Notes: generated by a model from the sequence alone, not told the origin. DNA of 64,000 nt from an uncultured virus (IMG/VR IMGVR_UViG_3300025009_000079) (IMGVR_UViG_3300025009_000079); one strand, 5' to 3'; positions 48,628-58,560 are shown, numbered from the stretch's first letter. A program made the numbers and translations.

Positions 48628-49161
48628 AAGAATGTGCCCTACCTGATACTCCGCTTGTTACTGGCCGATGGGAGATGCCGCCGGGCCATTCTGGCGCCGA
48701 TACTGAAGACCTGGCTGATGTTTTCATCTAAATAGGTTCGATTGATGCGCGTCAAAGCTTGATCCTCATAGCGATCTCCTTGTGGGTGGTTTCAGTGAAT
48801 GATTTCAACTCTCTCCCAACATCAAAATTCATTCATGTTCTACGGTTCAAATTCTACCGTAGCCGATAAATTCCTGTCAAGAATTTTTTGATTCATCATC
48901 ATCCCCCTCAATCACACCCGCGCGAGCGGCCTTGAAGAATCACTTTTCATCACCATAGAGTTCATCCATGAGTCGCGTCATTTCCCATCCCTCTGCCACG
49001 GCGCGAACGGCAAGATTCAATAGCGCCGTGATCCTGGCACTATGCTTATTGATCTGACTCTCCAGTTCGACAATCTTATCGATGGGGCTGAGCCGAAGCG
49101 GGCCGTAGCACCACGGCCTACCGTAACGCCGCCATGTGGCCCGCTTCGGCTCAGCCCTGGG

Positions 49162-49542
49162 TTAGACGATCCAACACTCTGAAACCACCTCATCCGGGCG
49201 CCCCGGATCGTCTCCCCATCCTGGATGCCAGTGGGCTCTGATACTCTTTGCTGTCAGATCATTACCTGCACTCTCAAAAAAACGAGCCAACATCTCTCTC
49301 ATGGCTTGAGCTCCACCAACAAACATCTCCTCGGCCCGCTCCTCGGTGACATATCCCTCGGGGCCGACATCGCCATCATCTCCCCATGCTTCGATGCTCA
49401 TCGCTTCCTCCGTCCGTCTAACCTTTTGATGAGACTCACAATCTTCCCATGCCGTCCGCATGGACATTTTCCACACAGACGAATCTCCGGCCTTGCTCCA
49501 TACCGCACTTGGATGTGCGTCCCACCACTCTTCAAACGTCAT
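49162..49542 (-). CDS. Hypothetical protein (possibly two fused ORFs)
   Basis: GGAGG SD; internal GGAGG-ATG at MSIEAWGD. Confidence 0.5.
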   Translation of the reverse strand: MTFEEWWDAHPSAVWSKAGDSSVWKMSMRTAWEDCESHQKVRRTEEAMSIEAWGDDGDVGPEGYVTEERAEEMFVGGAQAMREMLARFFESAGNDLTAKSIRAHWHPGWGDDPGRPDEVVSECWIV

Positions 49543-49750
49543 CTTGATTCCTCCCCTCCTCACATTCCAGTTTATTCAAGCATCCCTTGCACGTAACCTC
49601 GCGACCCGAATCCTTCAAGACATTCAGAATCCGCCATCGCCAGTCGATATCTTTGCCGCACAGGGTTTTCTTTGCGTCAAAGGCACCATGTATTGGCCCG
49701 TAAATCGAATCGTCCTTGCGGCATCGGCTCACTAAGTAAAGGAGTGACAT
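49532..49750 (-). CDS. Small Cys/His protein
   Basis: IHG..KTLCG...VTCKGC. Confidence 0.55.
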   Translation of the reverse strand: MSLLYLVSRCRKDDSIYGPIHGAFDAKKTLCGKDIDWRWRILNVLKDSGREVTCKGCLNKLECEEGRNQDDV

Positions 49751-49753
49751 AAA

Positions 49754-50173
49754 TCACCCTTTCTTCACGGGAGCCTTGAGCGGACCAACGAATAGACCAG
49801 ACCTTGGCCGAGTAGAATCATCGGGATGCCAATTGCGAATGCTCCAGTTCTCAGGCAATCCGGGATCATCCTGAAATGTGGCCGGCAACCACCAGTAATA
49901 TCCAGGTTCCGTGAGTTGGTCGGCCGCGAGGTATTTTGGCTTGCCGACAAGATGCTCTATGAGGATGTCCTTGAACCGCAAAAAACCGTTGGCGCGTTGA
50001 TTGTTCTCTGGATCAATAGCCATCCCTAGTCCATAAAGAACATCGTTAATCAGAGTCTCGTCTGAGTAGTCCTCATACCCCGTCTGGTCTGAGTACGTGC
50101 TCATGTAATTCTGGAGATAAGCAACAGTAGTCTTCATTCTTGCGCGCTTTCCCTTTGTGGCTCTCGCATTCAT
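49754..50173 (-). CDS. Hypothetical protein
   Basis: TEPGYYWW motif. Confidence 0.55.
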   Translation of the reverse strand: MNARATKGKRARMKTTVAYLQNYMSTYSDQTGYEDYSDETLINDVLYGLGMAIDPENNQRANGFLRFKDILIEHLVGKPKYLAADQLTEPGYYWWLPATFQDDPGLPENWSIRNWHPDDSTRPRSGLFVGPLKAPVKKG

Positions 50174-50385
50174 GGCGCATCCCCTCTCTTGAGAACCTTC
50201 GCACCCTTCGCCCACTGGCGCCAAGTAGCAACTTGGCACTTCGATACCCAACTACTGCGACTGGACCGATATAAGACAATACCGGGTCCAGGAGACAACG
50301 GGACAACCACATATCTCTGTATCCCTGTCCAATTCTGGATCTCATCGCCTGGGATCGGATCTCTCCTTGGGTCTCTGTCACTCAT
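50170..50385 (-). CDS. Hypothetical protein
   Basis: RDPRRDPIPGD. Confidence 0.55.
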   Translation of the reverse strand: MSDRDPRRDPIPGDEIQNWTGIQRYVVVPLSPGPGIVLYRSSRSSWVSKCQVATWRQWAKGAKVLKRGDAP

Positions 50386-50668
50386 CGCCTACTCCTCCCT
50401 CGTTACACATCTCAAGCACGGCGCGCATGACCTCGACGTACTGACGAGCCTTGGCGACATCAACCGGCAAGCACGAAGAGCCTCCAACCTTCCAGTATCC
50501 GCGCCCGTTGCTCACTTGAATCACATCCGTATCCCCAACCCATCCAATGATCCTGCGCTCTCCGTACTCTTCGCGGTCGTCAATGCGGATGTCGAAAGCT
50601 GGTTGAGGTTTCGTCTTGTTGTCGGCAATCACACCCAAAACAGCCCTTAATAGTTTTTGCTTATCCAT
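50378..50668 (-). CDS. Hypothetical protein
   Basis: Coupled ORF. Confidence 0.55.
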   Translation of the reverse strand: MDKQKLLRAVLGVIADNKTKPQPAFDIRIDDREEYGERRIIGWVGDTDVIQVSNGRGYWKVGGSSCLPVDVAKARQYVEVMRAVLEMCNEGGVGDE

Positions 50669-50882
50669 GCTGGCATTCTCCCGCTCCTTTCCGCACCGAT
50701 TTTATATAATTCGACACTTGCCACAGCTTTGCCCGGAGTGACGAGGCTATGCTCTCCATTGAGCACCCCGATTTGTGTTGCCAGATTATTTCTCCCAATT
50801 CGCGCGGATTCAGCTCCGAGATGTCCCTGCGATTAGGACCACCTTCGGTATCAATCTGGATCTGTCTGAAGTCTGTGTTCAT
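50661..50882 (-). CDS. HTH-like small protein
   Basis: GCSMESIASSLRAKLWQVSNYI. Confidence 0.5.
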   Translation of the reverse strand: MNTDFRQIQIDTEGGPNRRDISELNPRELGEIIWQHKSGCSMESIASSLRAKLWQVSNYIKSVRKGAGECQHG

Positions 50883-50908
50883 CGCTCCCACTCCTTTCTG
50901 GTTGACTC

Positions 50909-51676
50909 CTACCTATCATATCTCAGTTGTGCGTCCCAATTCGTAGCGTCCCACTCCAAATACGCCTCAACAATCCAGTCATTATCCTCATCGGCCACGG
51001 AGAGTGAACATTTGCGATGAGTAATCACGAAGGCTGCAAGAGAGCGGTCGCATTGGAGCATGGGACCACTCAGTCCGTCGCTACAGATACTTACCTTCTC
51101 GTGGTGGTCATGGCAGACTAAAGTGTAGTCCACACTCATTTTTTCGCTCCTCCCTGGTTGACATTCTGGTTGGGATGGCTTGTGGACTAATCTCTTTGCC
51201 TCGGTCCACAGTGTTGCGTCCCCTTCAGTAAGAACCTCGAGTAACCGCTGCTTCTCTTTCAGATACACCCTTGCGAATCCCGGATCACGAGCTACGATGC
51301 TTCGCGTGTTGTCGATGAGATCAGCAAGCTTGATGGTTTTGGCTTCTGGACTAGCCTTAGCCGTGTGCTCCAGGTCGATTCTCTTCCTGATTGCCCGGTT
51401 TCCATCGGTCGGTCGGCTCACATCGGTCATCATTTCGACCATGCTGGCGACATTGGCGCCAAAGATATCCAAAATCACATCCAGCGATGCCCCGGTATCC
51501 TCGACGGTGTCGTGCATCCACGCCGCACAAAGCATGCCGAGCGAGTGAGGAACCGACCGCACCAGATCCACAACGGCCGCAGGATGGGTAATGTACGGAT
51601 CTCCCGTACATTTCCTGACTTGGCCGTGATGCCAGCGCGTTGCAAAGGATTTGGCTTTCAATTCTAAGAGTAGCAC
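50909..51676 (-). CDS. HD-domain small alarmone hydrolase-like protein (SpoT/Mesh1 type) with fused C-terminal ORF
   Basis: HHGQVRK.TGDPYITHP, MHDTVEDT, IKLADLIDN. Confidence 0.88.
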   Translation of the reverse strand: MLLLELKAKSFATRWHHGQVRKCTGDPYITHPAAVVDLVRSVPHSLGMLCAAWMHDTVEDTGASLDVILDIFGANVASMVEMMTDVSRPTDGNRAIRKRIDLEHTAKASPEAKTIKLADLIDNTRSIVARDPGFARVYLKEKQRLLEVLTEGDATLWTEAKRLVHKPSQPECQPGRSEKMSVDYTLVCHDHHEKVSICSDGLSGPMLQCDRSLAAFVITHRKCSLSVADEDNDWIVEAYLEWDATNWDAQLRYDR

Positions 51677-51696
51677 TTTCCCTCCCCTTCATCTTG

Positions 51697-51752
51697 GTTG
51701 ACATTTTCCCTAAACTTGTGCATATATATCATCGGTATCACATGAATGTCAA
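51697..51752. promoter_or_regulatory. Overlapping divergent sigma70-like promoters
   Basis: TTGACA on both strands, each about 17 bp from a shared ATATATAT. Confidence 0.65.
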
Positions 51753-51771
51753 ACAAAACTACGGAGGAACC

Positions 51772-51948
51772 ATGGAAACAGCTTGCCCAACAGAATGCGA
51801 TAAAATCGTCCGCCTACCCGCCGATTTCCACCGATACGCCAAGGCAGAGGCTTCCCTTGACGGCGTAGATCTCAAAGTCTGGCTCACTCGACTCGTCAAA
51901 GAAGAACTCGCCAGAAGAGGGAAGGAGCCGGCATGTGTCGAAAAATAA
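51772..51948 (+). CDS. RHH/HicB-like small DNA-binding protein
   Basis: VRLPADFHRYAKAEA...L..W. Confidence 0.65.
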   Translation: METACPTECDKIVRLPADFHRYAKAEASLDGVDLKVWLTRLVKEELARRGKEPACVEK

Positions 51949-52414
51949 TGGGGACCGGCCCAAGCTGAGCAACGGCATGGTAATGAGTGCCATTGTTGCC
52001 CGACCCGATTTGTCTGACGTTGAAGTCAGAGTTGCATTGTTGATTTTGCGAGAAAGAAACGAGGAAACGCTTGAATGTCGCATCGCGGAGCGCGGTATCG
52101 CTCTTCTGTGTGGACAAAAACGATACGCAGTCAATCGGATCATCAAGAAATTGATCGAGAAAGATATCTTGATTTCCAAGTGCGACTATGACGATATCAA
52201 GAAACGAAAGTCACCGTGCTATTATTTCTTCATGGAGGACATTACAGATGCACTAGACATGAGCCCACCACTGTCCATTGATCTAAAAACCCTCAAAAAG
52301 CTAGGAGCAGCTCTCGACGATATAGGAATGAGTCACATATTGGACTTGCTCCAAGGTCAGATCAAGGATGGGCAACAATCTACGGCCTCAAAAGAGGGTC
52401 AATTGCTCCAATAA
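51935..52414 (+). CDS. Winged-helix protein, replication-initiator-like N-terminus
   Basis: LSDVEVRV...ERGIALLCG..RYAVNRIIKKLIEKDIL. Confidence 0.65.
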   Translation: MSKNNGDRPKLSNGMVMSAIVARPDLSDVEVRVALLILRERNEETLECRIAERGIALLCGQKRYAVNRIIKKLIEKDILISKCDYDDIKKRKSPCYYFFMEDITDALDMSPPLSIDLKTLKKLGAALDDIGMSHILDLLQGQIKDGQQSTASKEGQLLQ

Positions 52415-52680
52415 ATACTAAAGAATACTCCTTGGAGCAATTTGTCACCACATACTGCCATAGATTGGCTCCCACTCTACATATGAGCTAGGAGCAGAAT
52501 TAGGAGATTCAAGACAACTTGACCAAAAATGGTGGCAACCAAAACCACACGGGCACCCTAAAATGGTTGCCACTTAGATCGGCGCCACGTAACGCTAAAT
52601 CGGCAATCTGGTTGCCTAAAATAAGATGTGACAACCGGCAACCCGACGAGACCCACCAACCCACACCAAGGAGCGAAGAC

Positions 52681-52896
52681 ATGACCAGAATGGATATAGT
52701 TCTCACCAAAGACATCTCTGAAAGTGAAATCAACTCCATGGCTACCGAGGACAAACTCGCCCACGCCCTGGCTCGGATTATGAGATGGAAAAACCCAAAT
52801 GGGACCATCATGGAGGCATACATCCCATACTGGCTGGCAAACCAAGGGAAGAGAGCCCTTGCCGAGTATGTTTCAAAAGAAGGGAGTGGGTCATAA
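52681..52896 (+). CDS. Hypothetical protein
   Basis: AAGGAG SD. Confidence 0.5.
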   Translation: MTRMDIVLTKDISESEINSMATEDKLAHALARIMRWKNPNGTIMEAYIPYWLANQGKRALAEYVSKEGSGS

Positions 52897-53090
52897 AGAA
52901 AGCTGAAATCATACAAATTGGCACCATCGACGAGAACGGACAGCCTCACGGATGGGCATTTGATTGTAATGGTGACCCCACAAAACTAGGCATCAACACC
53001 CAAGAAGACGGATCAACCATCTATGCAGGATGGACCGTTGAGGAGTTGCGAAGCATCGCAAGGTTGAATTGAGAGGAAGGAAACCACCCC

Positions 53091-53282
53091 ATGAGCGATG
53101 GCAAGGACCGAGTGATACAGATTGACGGAGAATGGATAGCCATCTTTAATTTCGACCATGCCGACCACTGGATGGATGACGAGTATCTGTCGGCCCTCAT
53201 TAACCGACTCAGGTGCCTCCAGGCGAAGCTGAGGAAGGCACGGGCTCAAGCCAAGACCATCACGGAGGAACGAAGACCATGA
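53091..53282 (+). CDS. Hypothetical protein
   Basis: SD, coupled. Confidence 0.5.
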   Translation: MSDGKDRVIQIDGEWIAIFNFDHADHWMDDEYLSALINRLRCLQAKLRKARAQAKTITEERRP

Positions 53283-53560
53283 ACCCAATCACCTGGATCA
53301 AAAACAAGCTTCACCAACACAACTACGACGCATGCAAATCATCTTGGGCCTTCACAACAGGGAACCTCGTCATGATCCGACAATACGTCTGCTCGTGCGG
53401 CTTCGAACACCCCAAATCCTCCACGCTCGTCGCATCCCTCGCTAATATGATCGCAGCCGAGGAAAACGAATCACGCATCAATCAAGGCAAGGACGGAGAA
53501 ATCGTCAAACTTGTCACCACTATCACTCAAAATGGCGTGTCACGCGAAGAGGGGTGGTGA
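53279..53560 (+). CDS. Hypothetical protein
   Basis: GGAGG SD. Confidence 0.5.
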   Translation: MNPITWIKNKLHQHNYDACKSSWAFTTGNLVMIRQYVCSCGFEHPKSSTLVASLANMIAAEENESRINQGKDGEIVKLVTTITQNGVSREEGW

Positions 53561-53604
53561 TTCCGTGGGCAACCTTTACCACAACCACGCCGAAAGGAGA
53601 AACC

Positions 53605-53823
53605 ATGACCAGAACATGCAGAGCTTGCGGTAAGACTATCGAGGTCGGATATGACTTGTACTACCAGATCGACCTGTCATTCAAAGATCCATACGGGATG
53701 AATATCTTTACTGGGGCTTCGGACGAAAATCACGCCGCATTCTGCTCTACTGAGGCTTGCGCCAAGAAAGCGGCCGACTTCCTGAAACACTTGCAAGGGA
53801 TCTTTATTCACACCTCCGTGTAG
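53605..53823 (+). CDS. Zinc-finger small protein
   Basis: CRAC...FCSTEAC. Confidence 0.55.
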   Translation: MTRTCRACGKTIEVGYDLYYQIDLSFKDPYGMNIFTGASDENHAAFCSTEACAKKAADFLKHLQGIFIHTSV

Positions 53824-54202
53824 ATGTGTATGCGTGAGTGTGACTGTGTGTTTATGGGGAAGGTGCGAGTGCGTGTGGGTGTGTGGGGATGTTAAGGCGA
53901 TTTGGATGGCGAACCTCTCGGCTGGACGTCCCGCTACTCTCACCCCCATGAGTCACCATGGGTCTCCATGCCTCCCCATGGTGGCAAGCTACCACCTGGT
54001 GAGGATGAAACGCCGATGGCATGCCGACCAGGTGGAGTGGTAGCGTCAGATCTCTCCAGCCAATGCCGACCTGGAGTGTTGGGGATAGCGTTGGGGGCGC
54101 AAGCATGGCTAAACCGATACCATCGCTAACCTGCCGACAACGCTACGCAAATAGGCAACCAGTGCTATAATGACCCTTGGGTTGTTAACCCAAAGACCGG
54201 CC

Positions 54203-54763
54203 TCATTCATCCCCAACGTCGATAACCCCGTCCTCTTCATCACTGGGGAGCTCCGGCTCGGCCTGAAACTGGATACCGGCCTGGCCAAGAGCCGCGGCTA
54301 CGTTGGGAAGGAGGACTGCGGCCGATCCTGCTTGGAATATGTTTTGAATTAGTACAGACGGCGCGTGAGAGGGAAAGATCCCCATAGTCTGTCCAATCCG
54401 CCCCTCCTTCTTGTCGGCAAGAGCAAGGATGGCTTTCTCGCTCTCGCTAAGCTCCTCGATCCTGGAAGCCTTGCCGGTTTTGGGGTCGACGTGGACGCCC
54501 GGGGATGGTTCTGTCTCGAGGCGCTCGTAGATCTTGCCGGCTTTCTTGAGGCACTTAATATGGTTCCCAACCAGCAGCCCAGCCGATTGAATGATGATCT
54601 CTTGGCTTATCCGTTCGACCAGGGCCTTGACTTCGGACTTTTTGAGGCGGCTATTGACGGTTGGAGTGGAGCATCCCAAGGCTTTGGCTATGGCTCTCTG
54701 TGACTCTCCGGCAGCACTAAGGGCCACTATTTCAGCGGTGTTATTGAGTGGAGTTCTCCCCAT
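54203..54763 (-). CDS. Terminase small subunit candidate
   Basis: N-terminal HTH SQRAIAKALGCSTPTVNS, helical core, VLIQNIF and acidic VIDV tail. Confidence 0.55.
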   Translation of the reverse strand: MGRTPLNNTAEIVALSAAGESQRAIAKALGCSTPTVNSRLKKSEVKALVERISQEIIIQSAGLLVGNHIKCLKKAGKIYERLETEPSPGVHVDPKTGKASRIEELSESEKAILALADKKEGRIGQTMGIFPSHAPSVLIQNIFQAGSAAVLLPNVAAALGQAGIQFQAEPELPSDEEDGVIDVGDE

Positions 54764-54810
54764 GGCATGGGCTCCTTGCTTCGACGTTAAAGAAAAGTGG
54801 AGAATATTGT

Positions 54811-55146
54811 TCACTTTTGGTTTTTGTAGCCAAGGTATTTTTCATATACCGTGTCTGCATTCTCTTGGGACCGATCTTTGGCGGCCGACAGCATGGTTCT
54901 TGACATTCTTCCCCATGACTTAACGGCGTTGCACCCCTGGCAAGACAGAATGCAGTTACTGGTTGTCCTGGAACCACCTTTACTTATCGCCACAATGTGT
55001 TCGACGACCGGCATTGTTGTTTCTGTGGATACCTTCATCCCACAATACTGACACACACCGTGGTATACGTCCATGAGTGCGAGCAGCAAGGGCTTATGTT
55101 GATGCCGTGGGACAATTTTGAGTACATGGTAGGTTTCTGATCTCAT
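54811..55146 (-). CDS. HNH endonuclease
   Basis: CQYCG...VEHIVAISKGG...NCILSCQGCNAVK. Confidence 0.88.
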   Translation of the reverse strand: MRSETYHVLKIVPRHQHKPLLLALMDVYHGVCQYCGMKVSTETTMPVVEHIVAISKGGSRTTSNCILSCQGCNAVKSWGRMSRTMLSAAKDRSQENADTVYEKYLGYKNQK

Positions 55147-55298
55147 AAGACAGCTCCCCTTTTTGAAGAATATTGTTCAATTCCCTCTTAAAGAATACTA
55201 ATGCGGACCACGCTTCGTCAACCATCTCCTGTAAACCAGCACCACAAGCCAATCCGCAACTATTTTCATCCCAACTACCATTTTGCTGCATTTTTTGC

Positions 55299-55326
55299 TT
55301 GACAGCATTACAGCATGTGTTATCTT
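55299..55326 (+). promoter_or_regulatory. Sigma70-like early promoter
   Basis: TTGACA-16-TATCTT with extended TG. Confidence 0.7.
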
Positions 55327-55541
55327 GTGCTCAACACGGTAAGAAAAGCCAAGCGGCACGCGAAAACAAGCCTCCGCACTCTTGGCTGGCTCTCTAACAA
55401 CCGAAAAGCTCATCACCTGGCGGCAGACAAGCCCGGGTGTCCATCCTGCCGAGGCCGACCGGGGCCGTAGCAGTAGCGGGGTAGGGAAAGAAGAGATTGT
55501 GTGTTTTGTTAAGGGCTCAGACAAAAAGGAAGGGGAATCAC

Positions 55542-56153
55542 ATGAGCATCAATTACGATCCGGGCAGAGTGAACAGAGAGCAATGGCTTACAGACGCAAT
55601 CACCATGCTTCGTCCCGATTTCAAGGCCATTGGGTTACAGATACCGGCAGAGGTAAGGGTGTCTTGTGGATGGAGCTCCAAGGGTGCGAAGGGTAAGGCC
55701 GGATTGTCGCGTATCGGGGAGTGCTGGTCTCCTGCATCCTCTTCGGCCGGCTACCATGAGATTTTCATCAGCCCCATAATTGACGATGCCTTGCTTGTGG
55801 CCGCAACCCTGGTGCATGAGCTTGTCCATGCTTGTATAGGCGTCGAGCAGAAACACGGTAAGGTATTTGGCAAGTTCGCCCGCAAGATTGGCCTCAAAGC
55901 TCCCATGAAGGCAACCACGGCGGGGCCGAAGCTAACCGAGCGGCTGACCGAGCTGGTCAGAATTAACGGCGAGTATCCACATGCGCGCATGGAAGCACTC
56001 ACAAACGGCAAGAAAAAGCAGGCAACGAGGATGCTGAAAGTGTCTTGCCCAACTTGCGGCTACACGGTCAGAATCGCGGCCAAGTGGCTTGAGGAAGGGT
56101 TTCCGACTTGTCCTTGCGGTACGGAAATGAAGGCGGATGAGGTCGAAAAATAG
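55542..56153 (+). CDS. SprT-like zinc metallopeptidase with zinc ribbon
   Basis: TLVHELVHA...HGKVF; CPTC...CPC. Confidence 0.8.
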   Translation: MSINYDPGRVNREQWLTDAITMLRPDFKAIGLQIPAEVRVSCGWSSKGAKGKAGLSRIGECWSPASSSAGYHEIFISPIIDDALLVAATLVHELVHACIGVEQKHGKVFGKFARKIGLKAPMKATTAGPKLTERLTELVRINGEYPHARMEALTNGKKKQATRMLKVSCPTCGYTVRIAAKWLEEGFPTCPCGTEMKADEVEK

Positions 56154-56244
56154 GGTGTTTACACGACTCATTTTCGAGCCCTGAATAAAGCACACAACGA
56201 GAATCATCCTTTAGTGGATGCCATGGAGAAAGAGAGAACGAGCC

Positions 56245-56442
56245 ATGATAACAGTGTACGCATTGAATAATGACCAGGGCAAACTCATGTTTGAATTCAT
56301 TAACCGGGGAGAATATGCCGAGCCTCAGTATGCGGCACGGGCACGGGACAAGCACTCCGGGAAGTTTTACAAAGTGGAGACGGATCACCTTTCCGAAGTC
56401 CGGCGCTTGGCTGTTGACTTCGGGCACGACATTGACCTTTAG
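56245..56442 (+). CDS. Hypothetical early protein
   Basis: Array context. Confidence 0.5.
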   Translation: MITVYALNNDQGKLMFEFINRGEYAEPQYAARARDKHSGKFYKVETDHLSEVRRLAVDFGHDIDL

Positions 56443-56515
56443 CGCCAACAAACCCCAGCCATGGCATGCACCGAAGGATGATCTATAACCCACTAACAGC
56501 CAAAGGAGAGGGACA

Positions 56516-56716
56516 ATGACACACGCACCCAAGTTTTGGAGAGAGTATGTTCGGTCGGCATCTGATGGAGATATCGACCGAATGGCAAGATTTGATCATC
56601 TGATCCTTGACGGATTCGGTGGGGAGAGCGCTGCATACAAGGCAATGGAGGGCAGAATGTATGCTCACAAACACGCTCTCAAGGAAGCTCGTGAAGCCTG
56701 CAAGCGAATTGCCTAA
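56516..56716 (+). CDS. Hypothetical early protein
   Basis: Strong SD. Confidence 0.6.
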   Translation: MTHAPKFWREYVRSASDGDIDRMARFDHLILDGFGGESAAYKAMEGRMYAHKHALKEAREACKRIA

Positions 56717-56845
56717 AACCGCAAAGGAGAGGACACTGGCGCAAGCCTTTCTGATTCTCCGCCTGCCCGCCCTGGCAACGGGGCGGATAGGAAAAGAGGC
56801 GAGAGGGCAGACGACAACAAGCAACCATATCGAAAGGGGGATCAT

Positions 56846-56998
56846 ATGGCAGAGTTGACACCACGAGACATCGAAATACTGAGAGGCTCCATTAACCGCG
56901 CAGTGAGGATTGATCTGGACGAAGACGCGAAGATTAAGGAGCTGTTTCTCCTCTACCTGGTCACGGAGCCCATGGGTGAGTGCGTGAAAACTTCCTGA
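56846..56998 (+). CDS. Hypothetical early protein (50 aa)
   Basis: AAGGGGG SD; MAELTPRD. Confidence 0.5.
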   Translation: MAELTPRDIEILRGSINRAVRIDLDEDAKIKELFLLYLVTEPMGECVKTS

Positions 56999-57084
56999 CT
57001 TGCTCCTGCCCATCGGCTCTGGTCGGTGGGCGGCATGGAAGCCATGAAGATGACGACAACCAACAACCAAAAGGAAGGGGAATT

Positions 57085-57624
57085 ATGAAACTCTTACAAA
57101 AAGTAACGGAATGGAAAGAATACACGGAGCACTCTACACGTTGTAGAATGCGCGTAACTTACGGTTTCGATGTCGCTTTCGCCCAACGCTACAAACAAGC
57201 TCCATGCTTTAGCATCACTGCCGACATCGAGCGCAAGAGACGTACTAAGTGGCTCGAAGATTCTTTCGGGTGCTTGCATGACGAAATCCGCGCACATTTC
57301 CCGGAGTTGGCATCCCTCATCAAATGGCATCTGGTAGCGTACCCATTCAAGCCTATGCACTATCAAGCGAATGCGCTTTATTGGCTCGAAATACACTTGG
57401 GATGCTCGAAGTATGGTAGTACTCAAAGCAATGTCGATCCATTAGAAGCTTTCAAGAGTCAAATTGTTTTCGGGATACTGCCGGACGACAAGGAGCGCTT
57501 CGAGCAGGTATTAGTGGATTTTGTGGCAAGCAGGGATCTAAAAACGCCGCTTTATGCGTGGTTGGAATCGCGCATTCCACAAGCTCAAGTAGTGTTCGAG
57601 CGCGAAATGAAAGAGCTGGATTGA
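57085..57624 (+). CDS. Hypothetical early protein
   Basis: FSITADI...GCLHDEIRAHFPELASLIKWHL...PMHY.AN. Confidence 0.7.
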   Translation: MKLLQKVTEWKEYTEHSTRCRMRVTYGFDVAFAQRYKQAPCFSITADIERKRRTKWLEDSFGCLHDEIRAHFPELASLIKWHLVAYPFKPMHYQANALYWLEIHLGCSKYGSTQSNVDPLEAFKSQIVFGILPDDKERFEQVLVDFVASRDLKTPLYAWLESRIPQAQVVFEREMKELD

Positions 57625-57747
57625 TTGAAATGAGTCGAGTCGAGTAACCTCCTAACTTTTTGCCTGCCGTAACCCTGCCCTGATGGGGTTGCTGGCAGGA
57701 ATGGAGATATGCGGAGTAAACGACAACTTAACGAGAGGGAGACGACG

Positions 57748-58113
57748 ATGAAAAAATCCGAATTGACAATCGTAACGGGAGAACGGCATCGGCTAACACC
57801 ATACGCATGGGGAGACAGGTCCATCATGGTGGACGAGGATGCAGTGACCGAAAGCACCAGAGAGGCATTTGGTTTGGATGAAGCTCCCGACCCCGACTCC
57901 GATCAAAACGACAAACCGGAGTGGGTACAGGTTTATCGTGACGCCAACGGCCAGCACTACGCCGTGACCGATGCCGACGTGCGGCGCGATGCCTACCGGA
58001 AAACGGAAATCCCTGAATATTGGGCGAAATGTGATGACCCAACGCAGCCCGATCAATACGGATCTGTTTGGGTGGCTCAGTCGTGGTCCTCTTTTGATGA
58101 CGAAGAAGAATAA
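57748..58113 (+). CDS. Acidic hypothetical early protein
   Basis: SD in repeat element. Confidence 0.6.
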   Translation: MKKSELTIVTGERHRLTPYAWGDRSIMVDEDAVTESTREAFGLDEAPDPDSDQNDKPEWVQVYRDANGQHYAVTDADVRRDAYRKTEIPEYWAKCDDPTQPDQYGSVWVAQSWSSFDDEEE

Positions 58114-58209
58114 CGCAAATCCTGATTTCCCCCTACGCTCTCTTAACCGGGAGCGCGGGGAGAAGGCAGGCGAAATTGACGGTAACCACAAACGAGAGGG
58201 AGAAAGGAA

Positions 58210-58467
58210 ATGAGCGAGTATCAATTTCTATGCGGATGGGGAAAGCTAAAAAACCGGCGCGCCGTCGAGCGGATCGCCCGGAAACACGGCGCACAATACA
58301 TACTCTACACCGAGCCGCAATGCTCCTGCGGGTATGGGTGTCCATCCGGGGAATGCGAAAACAGTACGCGGCACTGGTTTGCGGCCGAAAACATGGGAAC
58401 GACATTCGATGATTCCCGCGCATTCGCCGTTGAAACGGATCTCCGGGCGGCTGGAATTATTGAATGA
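58210..58467 (+). CDS. Hypothetical early protein
   Basis: RHWFAAENMG. Confidence 0.6.
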   Translation: MSEYQFLCGWGKLKNRRAVERIARKHGAQYILYTEPQCSCGYGCPSGECENSTRHWFAAENMGTTFDDSRAFAVETDLRAAGIIE

Positions 58468-58560
58468 TTTCCTGATTTCATCGGCCCCGTCAGGGATGGC
58501 GGGGCTTATTGAAGGCAGGCGAGGCGGCATGATAACCACAAACGAGAGGGAGACGAGAAA

